From an uncultured Candidatus Saccharibacteria bacterium (lineage in GTDB: Bacteria; Patescibacteriota; Minisyncoccia; Phycocordibacterales; Phycocordibacteraceae): 44,727 bases of DNA. The notes beneath the pieces were generated by a model, which ran no database searches, had not been told where the DNA came from, and saw nothing but the letters and a program-made list of their open reading frames with translations. A program made the position numbers and the translations under genes. Positions 33,884 to 42,167 of this stretch are shown piece by piece. Positions within the stretch are counted from its first letter, which is position 1. Each line of letters starts with the position of its first letter. The DNA lies in assembly GCA_964590505.1 (NCBI GenBank), contig CAZPVV010000001.1, positions 1 to 44,727 of the forward strand, given 5' to 3'.

Positions 33884-34111
33884 ATGACCACTGGTCAAAA
33901 AGGGGGCTTCGCGTCCATGAACCCGGAGCTTCAGCGTGCAATCGCACGAAAGGGTGGTGCTTCGGTCCCGGCCGAGAAGCGCTCCTTCTCGCAGAATCGC
34001 ACTCTGGCTGCCGAAGCCGGCCGCAAGGGAGGGCTCGTGCGGCACCGAAAATCCGAAGCTCCTCGCCCCCAAAACGACTTCGGTGGCGGGGAAGGTCTCG
34101 GGAGCAAGTAA
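33884..34111 (+). CDS. KGG-repeat general stress protein (75 aa)
   Basis: GFASMNPELQRAIARKGG and AAEAGRKGG repeats, typical of the stress-induced KGG motif family. Confidence 0.75.
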   Translation: MTTGQKGGFASMNPELQRAIARKGGASVPAEKRSFSQNRTLAAEAGRKGGLVRHRKSEAPRPQNDFGGGEGLGSK

Positions 34112-34133
34112 CGCCAGCACCTTCTGTTCTAGG

Positions 34134-34175
34134 CTGCCGCGTCTCCACTTTGAGGCGCGGCAGTCTTTCTTGCCT
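34134..34175 (+). terminator. intrinsic terminator
   Basis: ctgccgcg ... cgcggcag (8 bp), then a T-rich run. Confidence 0.6.
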
Positions 34176-34240
34176 TTTCTGCCGTAAAAACGTATCTTAC
34201 AGGTAACGCCCTTGCGGCTTTTATTTTTATTTCTGGCTCT

Positions 34241-36388
34241 ATGCAACGCGATTATCCACTAGAAAAAGTGCGCAACTTCGGTATCGTCGCCCACGTCGAC
34301 GCGGGAAAAACAACCACCTCTGAGCGTGTGCTCTATTACACTGGCTCCCAACACAAAATTGGAGAGGTGCATGAGGGAGAAACCACCACAGACTGGATGG
34401 AACAGGAGCGTGAGCGCGGTATCACTATTACTGCCGCCGCTATTACCTGTTTCTGGACCCGCACCAGCGAGGCCGACAAGAAGGACATGGCGAAGAAGTT
34501 CCGCTTCAACGTTATTGATACCCCAGGACACATTGACTTCACCGCCGAGGTGAAGCGCTCTATGCGTGTGCTTGATGGTGCTGTTGTCGTGTTTGACGGT
34601 GTTGCAGGAGTGGAGCCGCAATCAGAAACAAACTGGCGCTACGCTGACGAAGCTGGCGTGCCACGCATTTGTTTCATCAACAAACTAGACCGTACTGGCG
34701 CGTCTTTTGAGGACTCATACAAGTCCATACTTGACCGTCTTTCAAAGAAGGCAGTGCGCATGCAGATTCCCATTGGCGCTGAAGGAGATTTTGAGGGAGT
34801 CGTAGATCTTCTTGAAATGAAGTCATACACCTTTGCTGGAAAGATGGGTGACGAGGTGATTCCTGGAGAGATTCCAGCGCACCTTATGGACGACGCGAAG
34901 ATGTACCGCGCAGAGCTCCTTGAGCGCATTGTGGAGCACGATGAGGCCCAGATGACCGCATTCTTTGAAGGCAACGAGCCATCTATTGATGAGCTTAAGG
35001 CAACGCTTCGTAAAGCCGTTATCGCAAACGAAATCTTCCCGGTGTACACGGGTTCAGCACTCAAGAACAAAGGTGTGCAGATTGTGCTTGATGCCGTTGT
35101 TGACTACCTTCCGTCACCGCTAGACCTTCCTCCAGTGAAGGGTATTAACCCAAAGACCGGTGAGGAGATTGAGCGCGCAGCGTCTGATAACGAGCCGTTC
35201 ACCGCGCTTGCCTTCAAACTTCAGACCGACCCATTCGTGGGAGCTCTTACCTTCTTCCGCGTATATGCCGGAAGCGTAACTGCTGGTTCCTACGTGTACA
35301 ACGCAAACTCAGGCACTAAGGAGCGTGTCGGACGTATCGTTCGCCTTCAGGCTGATAAGCGTGAGGAAGTGGAGCAGGTATTTACCGGAGAGATCGCCGC
35401 TATGGTGGGACTCAAAGACACCAAGACCTCACACACACTCTGTGACGAAGCGAATCCAATCATTCTGGAGACCATTAAGTTCCCAGAGCCTGTGGTTTCT
35501 CTTCGCATTGAGCCTGCGACCAAGGCTGACCAGGAGAAGATGGGTATGGCACTCAAGAAGTTGTCTGACGAAGACCCAACCTTCAAGGTGTCTACCGACG
35601 ATGAGACCAATGAAACCATTATCGCGGGTATGGGTGAGCTTCACCTTGAGATTTTGGTTGACCGTATGAAGCGTGAATTCGGCGTTACTGCAAATGTGGG
35701 CAAGCCACAGGTGGCATACCGTGAGACCATTCTCGGTTCTGCTGACGCTGAAGGTAAGTACATCAAGCAGACGGGAGGTAAAGGTCAGTACGGCCACGTG
35801 AAGATTAAGTTGAAGCACCTAGAGCCAGTTGATCCAGAGGCAAAGGTTGCTAAGAACGTTACCCGTGAAGAGCACTTTGAGTTCATCAACAACATCAAGG
35901 GAGGTGCTATTCCTGGTGAGTACATTGGTGCAGTTGAGAAGGGTATGCGTGAGTCACTCTCTCGCGGTATCCTCGCTGGCTACCCAATCGTTGACGTGTC
36001 CGTTGATCTCTATGACGGTTCGTACCACGATGTGGACTCCAGTGAAATCGCCTACAAGATCGCGGCATCTATGGCCTTCCAGGAAGCAGCAGCCAAAGCA
36101 AAGCCGGTTATTCTTGAGCCTATTATGCGCGTTGAGGTTGTTATCCCTGAGCAGTTCATGGGTGACATCACGGGCTCACTCTCAGGAAAGCGCGGAGCTA
36201 TTGAGAGCATGGAGGAGCGTGGTATGAACAAGGTGGTTAACGCCAAGGTGCCACTTTCTGAAATGTTCGGCTACACCACCACCCTTCGTTCTATGACGGA
36301 AGGACGTGGAAGCATGACGATGGAGTTTGATCACTACGAAGTGGTTCCATCAAACGTGGCGACTGAGATTATTGCGTCTCGCAAATAA
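34241..36388 (+). CDS. fusA: elongation factor G
   Basis: AHVDAGKTTT, DTPGHIDF, NKLDR, at 715 aa. Confidence 0.97.
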   Translation: MQRDYPLEKVRNFGIVAHVDAGKTTTSERVLYYTGSQHKIGEVHEGETTTDWMEQERERGITITAAAITCFWTRTSEADKKDMAKKFRFNVIDTPGHIDFTAEVKRSMRVLDGAVVVFDGVAGVEPQSETNWRYADEAGVPRICFINKLDRTGASFEDSYKSILDRLSKKAVRMQIPIGAEGDFEGVVDLLEMKSYTFAGKMGDEVIPGEIPAHLMDDAKMYRAELLERIVEHDEAQMTAFFEGNEPSIDELKATLRKAVIANEIFPVYTGSALKNKGVQIVLDAVVDYLPSPLDLPPVKGINPKTGEEIERAASDNEPFTALAFKLQTDPFVGALTFFRVYAGSVTAGSYVYNANSGTKERVGRIVRLQADKREEVEQVFTGEIAAMVGLKDTKTSHTLCDEANPIILETIKFPEPVVSLRIEPATKADQEKMGMALKKLSDEDPTFKVSTDDETNETIIAGMGELHLEILVDRMKREFGVTANVGKPQVAYRETILGSADAEGKYIKQTGGKGQYGHVKIKLKHLEPVDPEAKVAKNVTREEHFEFINNIKGGAIPGEYIGAVEKGMRESLSRGILAGYPIVDVSVDLYDGSYHDVDSSEIAYKIAASMAFQEAAAKAKPVILEPIMRVEVVIPEQFMGDITGSLSGKRGAIESMEERGMNKVVNAKVPLSEMFGYTTTLRSMTEGRGSMTMEFDHYEVVPSNVATEIIASRK

Positions 36389-36407
36389 GATCAGTGCGTC
36401 GTGTACA

Positions 36408-36434
36408 CAAAACCGCCCTTGATGGGCGGTTTTG
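36408..36434 (+). terminator. intrinsic terminator
   Basis: aaaaccgccc ttgat gggcggtttt. Confidence 0.75.
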
Positions 36435-36492
36435 TTGTATGTGGTGACACTTCTATCCCGTCTGTACGTCTTCTGTGATATCGTTTGACTCT

Positions 36493-37026
36493 ATGAACTG
36501 GAAACTATCTGTTGGTATTGTTGCAGTCGTTATTCTCGGTGGTGTTGGGGTGTGGTGGCTATCAAGTCAGCCAAAACCGCCCGTGACGCCTGATCAGATC
36601 ATCAAAGAGGCTAAGAACACTCCTATCCCGGTTGGCGCGCGTGCGATTGATGCGTTTGCCTTTGTGGACGAGAGTGGGGTATACCTCAAGTCCTCATTCA
36701 GCACTTCAACGGTGAAAATACCTGACGCTGACCCGGATACCTTCCGCGCCGTGACCTCCTTTACGGAGTATTCTGACCAGGCAGTTCTTGATTTCTGTAA
36801 GGGGCCCGGCACCTACAGCGTGTACGCCGATAAGAAAAAGACCTATTTCTTCCAGTTTTGGATGACCCCAACCTTCTCCAAAACCAAGATTGAGGTCATA
36901 AAGACCTTGAATGCTGACGCGGTTGCCCCTACGGGAGCTCATTCCTTCACGGATGGGGTAGCAACACTCAAGCTCGGCTACACGTTTGCCACTACAACCT
37001 GTGAATTCAACCTAGAATCGCTGTAG
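36493..37026 (+). CDS. hypothetical membrane-anchored/secreted protein (177 aa) inserted between fusA and tuf
   Basis: N-terminal TM segment WKLSVGIVAVVILGGVGVWWL. I trimmed the track start. No confident family. Confidence 0.55.
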   Translation: MNWKLSVGIVAVVILGGVGVWWLSSQPKPPVTPDQIIKEAKNTPIPVGARAIDAFAFVDESGVYLKSSFSTSTVKIPDADPDTFRAVTSFTEYSDQAVLDFCKGPGTYSVYADKKKTYFFQFWMTPTFSKTKIEVIKTLNADAVAPTGAHSFTDGVATLKLGYTFATTTCEFNLESL

Positions 37027-37227
37027 GTTCTTGACCTCGCCCAAACTAGCGTGTACCTTAGTACATAACGCGAGATACGGCGCTCTTTTCAATGTTCCCT
37101 TTCTACAGAGAGGGTGGAACTGGTAGAAGTCGCTGCGCGGGTATACCGCCAACGCCTTGGTCGCCTGCCTAAAGCAGGCAGGCGCGGCGGCAAGTTAACA
37201 ACTTAGCTACCAGTAATTTTAGAACGT

Positions 37228-38430
37228 ATGGCAGATGCATTTGATCGCAGCAAGCCGCACATGAACGTGGGCACCATCGGCCACGTTGACCACGGCAAAA
37301 CGACGCTTACTGCGTCTATCTTGAACGTTCTTAACCTGAACGCAGCAGCAGGCTACAAGGCCCGCGCTGAGAAGGTTGAGAACATTGACAACGCTCCAGA
37401 GGAAAAGGCGCGTGGTATTACCATTGCCCTTCACCACTCAGAGTACGAGTCACCAAACCGTCACTACGCACACATTGATGCGCCAGGACACGCAGACTAC
37501 ATCAAGAACATGATCACCGGTGCTGCCCAGATGGATGGCGCAGTACTTGTGGTTGCAGCAACTGACGGCGCAATGCCTCAGACCCGTGAACACATCCTTC
37601 TTGCAAAGCAGGTGGGTGTGCCTAAGCTCATCGTCTTCCTCAACAAGGTGGACATGGTGGACGATAAGGACATGGTGGACCTCGTTGAAGAGGAAATCCG
37701 TGAACTTTTGACCAAGCAGGGCTTTGATGGAGCTACAACTCCGGTCATCAAGGGATCAGGTCTTAAGGCGCTTGAGGCGACCAGCGCAGACGACGAGTGG
37801 GCTCTTAAGGTGAAGGAACTCGTGGACACTATGGACACGTACTTCCCACAGCCTGAGCGTGATCTTGATAAGCCATTCCTTATGCCTATTGAGGACATCT
37901 TCTCAATTGAAGGACGCGGAACGGTTATCACGGGACGTATTGAGCGCGGCATCATCAAGGTTGGTGAGGAAGTTGAGATTGTCGGCCTTCAGCCAACAAC
38001 CAAGACGACCGTTACCGGTATTGAGATGTTCAACAAGCAGCTTCAGGAGGGTCAGGCCGGCGACAACGCAGGAATCCTTCTTCGTGGTACGAAGAAAGAG
38101 GACGTGCATCGCGGTCAGGTTCTTGCGAAGACTGGTTCCGTAACTCCTCACACTGAGTTTGAGGCAGAGGTATACATCCTTTCTAAGGATGAGGGTGGTC
38201 GTCACACACCATTCTTCTCTGGCTACAAGCCTCAGTTCTACGTCCGTACAACAGACGTGACAGGTGAGGTAACCCTTCCAGAAGGAAAGGAAATGGTTAT
38301 GCCAGGCGACACTGTTACCTTCAAGGTAAAGCTTACGGCGCCTATCGCACTTGAGGAAAACTTCCGTTTCTCCGTTCGTGAGGGTGGCAAGACCGTCGGT
38401 GCTGGTGTGGTGACGAAGATCGTCGCGTAA
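37228..38430 (+). CDS. tuf: elongation factor Tu
   Basis: [22 protein letters not shown], at 400 aa. Confidence 0.98.
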   Translation: MADAFDRSKPHMNVGTIGHVDHGKTTLTASILNVLNLNAAAGYKARAEKVENIDNAPEEKARGITIALHHSEYESPNRHYAHIDAPGHADYIKNMITGAAQMDGAVLVVAATDGAMPQTREHILLAKQVGVPKLIVFLNKVDMVDDKDMVDLVEEEIRELLTKQGFDGATTPVIKGSGLKALEATSADDEWALKVKELVDTMDTYFPQPERDLDKPFLMPIEDIFSIEGRGTVITGRIERGIIKVGEEVEIVGLQPTTKTTVTGIEMFNKQLQEGQAGDNAGILLRGTKKEDVHRGQVLAKTGSVTPHTEFEAEVYILSKDEGGRHTPFFSGYKPQFYVRTTDVTGEVTLPEGKEMVMPGDTVTFKVKLTAPIALEENFRFSVREGGKTVGAGVVTKIVA

Positions 38431-38443
38431 GTCTCTTACTCGT

Positions 38444-38800
38444 ATGGCTACCACCGCGAAGAAGACAACGAAAAAGGAGGCACTCCCTGCCGGCGAGTCA
38501 AAGCTTCGCATTCGTGTGCGTGCCTACGAGCACAAGATCCTTGACCTCTCGGTTAAGCAGATCATGGACACGGCGAACCGCTTTGACGCCACGATTGTGG
38601 GCCCTGTGCCACTCCCAACGGAAATTAAGCGTTGGACCGTGAACCGCTCAACGTTCGTCCACAAGGACGCACGTGAGCAGTTTGAAATGCGCATCCACAA
38701 GCGTCTCATTGATATCATCTCGCCAAACCCCAAGGTTATTGAGGCTCTCACGAACCTCTCTCTTCCTTCCGGAGTGACGATTGATGTGAAGATGATCTAA
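38444..38800 (+). CDS. rpsJ: 30S ribosomal protein S10 with a Lys-rich N-terminal extension
   Basis: LRIRVRAYEHKILD..., TVNRSTFVHKDAREQFEMRIHKRLIDI. Confidence 0.95.
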   Translation: MATTAKKTTKKEALPAGESKLRIRVRAYEHKILDLSVKQIMDTANRFDATIVGPVPLPTEIKRWTVNRSTFVHKDAREQFEMRIHKRLIDIISPNPKVIEALTNLSLPSGVTIDVKMI

Positions 38801-38811
38801 GCGAAGAACGT

Positions 38812-38839
38812 AAAACCGCCCCAGAGATGGGGCGGTTTT
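38812..38839 (+). terminator. intrinsic terminator directly after rpsJ
   Basis: aaaaccgcccc agagat ggggcggtttt. Confidence 0.75.
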
Positions 38840-38898
38840 GCTATTTGACACAATTGTCTTTGTATGTATAATATTTGGGAAATTAATAGGAGGGCTGA

Positions 38899-39147
38899 AT
38901 GCTTTGGTTCTTGCGCTGGGTTTGGTCACGACCCTTTGAGTTGGCCGAGTTTTTTCAGATCAAGGAGGAACTGAAGGCCGAAGTTACGGTTACGATCAAC
39001 GGGATTCCGGCTCACGAGTGGGCCCGGCTTCTCAAGGACGAGGCCTATGAGAAGACTATCCAGTTGATGGATCGTCTGGAAGAGCTGAGGCACAGCTTGG
39101 GGCCTATTTCCGAACTTGAGAAGGAGGTCTTCAGCTTCTTTGGCTGA
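38899..39147 (+). CDS. hypothetical protein (82 aa), SD-led orphan cassette between rpsJ and rplC
   Basis: SD TAGGAGGG lies 5 nt upstream of the ATG. A terminator follows. Confidence 0.5.
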   Translation: MLWFLRWVWSRPFELAEFFQIKEELKAEVTVTINGIPAHEWARLLKDEAYEKTIQLMDRLEELRHSLGPISELEKEVFSFFG

Positions 39148-39170
39148 GAAGAGTCAGCAGAAGCACTTTC

Positions 39171-39203
39171 GGGCGCCCGGACTTCGGTTCGGGCGCCCTT
39201 TGT
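39171..39203 (+). terminator. intrinsic terminator (9-bp GC stem; the loop contains CUUCGG)
   Basis: gggcgcccg gacttcggtt cgggcgccc, then tttgtatgt. Confidence 0.65.
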
Positions 39204-39527
39204 ATGTAGAGAGCCCGGCGCGTAGAGTGCGCCGGGCCCGTAGTTCCACGAGTGCGACAAGCGCTACTCGTGAGATTCTGGATCACCTCCCTTCATGCTG
39301 CGTAATCGTTCCCCGCACCCACTCCCGCCTGGGAGGTAACACCGATATACGTTGCATGGTATGTCTCCATCACCACCAGAAGCGTGGCCCCTTTAGGCTA
39401 GCACACGATCATTTGCATTTCCTAGTAACACCCTGTATAGTGCCCGAATCGCCATGTACAGGTTAAGCCTGGACCAAGGGCCGAGAGTCGTTTGACCTCG
39501 CGCTACTTGCTGGCGCGATTTACTTTT

Positions 39528-40145
39528 ATGAAATTCATCCTTGCTCGCAAAGAGCGCATGACCCAGATCTGGGGAGAGGACGGCCGTGTTATGGTCGGTA
39601 CTTTGCTTAAGACTAGCCCACTTGTGGTAACACAGGTGAAAACTCCTGATTCTAAGGATGGGTATGCTGCCGTGCAGGTTGGGTTTGAAGAGCAGAAAGT
39701 ATCGCGCGTAAACAAAGCAGAGCTTGGACACACCAAGGGTAAAGGGTACAAGGTGGTACAGGAGTTCCGTACCGACGACGCTGCTACCTACGAAGTAGGG
39801 AAGGAGATCGGTCTTGATACCTTTGCGGTTGGTGACGCGGTTACCGTTGTCGGCACCACCAAAGGAAAGGGATTCCAGGGAGTCGTGAAGCGTCACGGCT
39901 TCCACGGAGGACGCCGTTCACACGGTCAGAAGCACTCTGAGCGTGAGGCTGGTTCTATCGGAGGAGGAGGACGCGCCGGTGGTCGCGTTATCAAGGGTAT
40001 GCGCATGGCCGGCCGTATGGGTGGCGACCGCGTTACCGTTTCAGGTCTACAGGTGCTTCATATTGATGCTGCTAAAGGCGAGATCATTATTTCAGGAGCT
40101 GTTCCCGGAGCAAAGGGAACACTTCTTGAGGTCGTCTCAAAATAA
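39528..40145 (+). CDS. rplC: 50S ribosomal protein L3
   Basis: MKFILARKERMTQIW..., FQGVVKRHGFHGG. I trimmed the track TTG start. Confidence 0.95.
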   Translation: MKFILARKERMTQIWGEDGRVMVGTLLKTSPLVVTQVKTPDSKDGYAAVQVGFEEQKVSRVNKAELGHTKGKGYKVVQEFRTDDAATYEVGKEIGLDTFAVGDAVTVVGTTKGKGFQGVVKRHGFHGGRRSHGQKHSEREAGSIGGGGRAGGRVIKGMRMAGRMGGDRVTVSGLQVLHIDAAKGEIIISGAVPGAKGTLLEVVSK

Positions 40146-40156
40146 TTATTTGACCT

Positions 40157-40912
40157 ATGGCAACTTCAACCAAGACAACTCCCGCAAAGAAAGCTCCTGC
40201 TAAGAAAGCAGTAGCGGAGAAGGCTCCTAAGAAGGTAAACGCAACACTTGAAGCGTCAGTCTTTTCTATGGGTGGCAAGGATACGGGAACTATCCAGCTT
40301 CCTGCTGAGCTCTTTGGAGTTGCTTGGAACGCTGACCTCGTACACCAGGTGGTGGTTGGTATGCAGGCAAACGCGCGTCCAGCCGTTGCGCACACGAAGT
40401 TCCGTGGAGAGGTTCGTGGTGGTGGTAAGAAGCCATGGAAGCAAAAGGGAACGGGACGCGCGCGTCACGGTTCACGTCGCTCTCCTATCTGGAAAGGTGG
40501 AGGTGTAACCCACGGTCCACGTGCTGAGAAGGACTACTCCGTAAAGATCAACAAAAAGATGCGTGCATCTGCACTCATGTCCGTACTTTCTAAGAAGTGG
40601 AAGGATGGTGAGATCATCTTTGTTGATACCCTCGCGTTTGCAGCTCCTTCAACCAAGGACGCTAAGGCAGCACTCGTCGCAATTGCAACAGCAAGCGACA
40701 CCCGCGAGCTCGTCACCAAGCGCAAGAATGCAGCCGTCATCGCACTGTCTTCAAAGAATGTTGCAACCGAGAAGTCTCTTCGCAACATGAGCAACTACAC
40801 GCTTGAGGAGATGCGTAACCTAAACCCAGTAGACCTGGTAACCAAGAAGTACTTGGTTATTGAAAACCCTACGGAGGCTTTCAAGGTGCTTCAGGCACGT
40901 CTGGCCAAATAA
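40157..40912 (+). CDS. rplD: 50S ribosomal protein L4 with a Lys/Ala-rich N-terminal extension
   Basis: KPWKQKGTGRARHGSRRSPIWKGGGVTHGP. Confidence 0.95.
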   Translation: MATSTKTTPAKKAPAKKAVAEKAPKKVNATLEASVFSMGGKDTGTIQLPAELFGVAWNADLVHQVVVGMQANARPAVAHTKFRGEVRGGGKKPWKQKGTGRARHGSRRSPIWKGGGVTHGPRAEKDYSVKINKKMRASALMSVLSKKWKDGEIIFVDTLAFAAPSTKDAKAALVAIATASDTRELVTKRKNAAVIALSSKNVATEKSLRNMSNYTLEEMRNLNPVDLVTKKYLVIENPTEAFKVLQARLAK

Positions 40913-40923
40913 TATACTGACTT

Positions 40924-41280
40924 ATGGCACTCTTTTCACGAAAACCATCACGTAGCGCTCCTGGCAAAGGCGCCCCTAAGAAGCAGGTAAAGGACGACGG
41001 ACGCCTTGCGTACGTGCTGAAGCGCCCATGGCTCTCTGAGAAGGCACTTCTTGGAACCGAGAACGGCGTCTACGTCTTTGAGATTCCAGCGGGTGCTACC
41101 AAGACCGATGTGGCTCTTGCGGTAGAGAAGTTCTACAAAGTAAAGCCTCGTCAGATTCGTGTTGCACACCTGCCTGCAAAGAAGATCTCGTTGCGCACCC
41201 GTCGCGGTGTAGGGGTTCGTGCACGACGCCACAAGGCATATGTGTACCTTAAGAAGGGTGACACCATTCAGTTCGCATAA
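40924..41280 (+). CDS. rplW: 50S ribosomal protein L23 with an N-terminal extension
   Basis: LKRPWLSEKA..., YVFEIPAGATKTDVALAVEKFYKVKP. Confidence 0.92.
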   Translation: MALFSRKPSRSAPGKGAPKKQVKDDGRLAYVLKRPWLSEKALLGTENGVYVFEIPAGATKTDVALAVEKFYKVKPRQIRVAHLPAKKISLRTRRGVGVRARRHKAYVYLKKGDTIQFA

Positions 41281-41285
41281 CGATT

Positions 41286-42128
41286 ATGAAAACATACAAG
41301 CCAACATCTCCGAGCCGTCGCAACATGACGACGCTCCCATACAAAAAGCTTCTCTCTGGCGACAAGCCAATGAAGAGCCTTTTGTCTACCAAGAAGGATC
41401 GTGCCGGTCGCAACAATGCAGGTCGCATCACCGTTCGCCACCAGGGTGGAGGACACAAGCGTCGTCTACGCAACGTTGACTTTACCTACGCCAAGAAGGA
41501 CATCCCTGCAAAGGTTGAGACCATTGAGTATGATCCATACCGCACTGGTTTCATTGCTCGCGTGGTGTTCGCAGATGGAGAGCGCCGTTACGTGCTTGCA
41601 CCTAAGGATGTAAAGGTAGGAGATACCTTCATCGTGTCGGAAGAGGCACCTATTAAGCCAGGCAACCGCACTTCTCTTGGTCGCATTCCTTCAGGTACCT
41701 TCGTATACAACGTTGAGCTTAAGGTTGGTGCAGGTGCTCGTCTTGCACGCTCTGCAGGTAACTATGCTGAGGTGGTAGCGCACGACGCTGGATACACACA
41801 GCTGAAGCTTCCTTCAACAGAGATTCGTAAAGTGTCTGACCTTTGTTTCGCTTCTATTGGCGCCGTTGGAAACGAGAACAGCCGTTTGGTGAAGTATGGA
41901 AAGGCTGGTCGCTCACGTTGGAAGGGTATTCGCCCAACTGTTCGTGGTACTGCGATGAACCCGGTTGATCACCCACACGGAGGTGGTGAAGGACGTCAGG
42001 GCAGGGGTCTCCGTCGTGCCAAGAGCATGTGGGGCAAGCCAACCGGCAAGGGTCAGAAGACTCGTACGCCGAAGAAGTATTCAAACGTCTTCATTGTTTC
42101 TCGCCGAAAGGTTGGAAAGAAGCGATAA
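41286..42128 (+). CDS. rplB: 50S ribosomal protein L2
   Basis: GRNNAGRITVRHQGGGHKR, MNPVDHPHGGGEGR. Confidence 0.97.
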   Translation: MKTYKPTSPSRRNMTTLPYKKLLSGDKPMKSLLSTKKDRAGRNNAGRITVRHQGGGHKRRLRNVDFTYAKKDIPAKVETIEYDPYRTGFIARVVFADGERRYVLAPKDVKVGDTFIVSEEAPIKPGNRTSLGRIPSGTFVYNVELKVGAGARLARSAGNYAEVVAHDAGYTQLKLPSTEIRKVSDLCFASIGAVGNENSRLVKYGKAGRSRWKGIRPTVRGTAMNPVDHPHGGGEGRQGRGLRRAKSMWGKPTGKGQKTRTPKKYSNVFIVSRRKVGKKR

Positions 42129-42137
42129 GAATAAAAC

Positions 42138-42164
42138 AAAAGGCCCTCGTCATGAGGGCCTTTT
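42138..42164. terminator. bidirectional intrinsic terminator
   Basis: aaaaggccctc gtcat gagggcctttt. Confidence 0.75.
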
Positions 42165-42167
42165 GTT

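Noticed and set aside
37027-37227. A 200-nt spacer upstream of tuf, inspected for a tRNA (tRNAs often precede tuf) or a leader RNA.
   Set aside because: There is no T-loop GGTTCGAATCC-like box, acceptor/D-arm pattern or cloverleaf. I found only a 7-bp hairpin (37109-37126) and imperfect GC pairings. I leave it as an unassigned leader.
37578-38511. Minus-strand ORFs of 126 and 202 aa.
   Set aside because: They are antisense to tuf, whose identity is unambiguous. They are shadow ORFs.
39280-39290. GGATCACCTCC as the end of a 16S rRNA gene.
   Set aside because: No rRNA-like sequence lies upstream (helix 45, GGTAACCGTAGG-type context). It is an isolated 11-mer and is treated as a possible mimic in the findings.
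39393-39905. A 170-aa minus-strand ORF.
   Set aside because: It is antisense to rplC and runs into the non-coding spacer. No motif or start signal.
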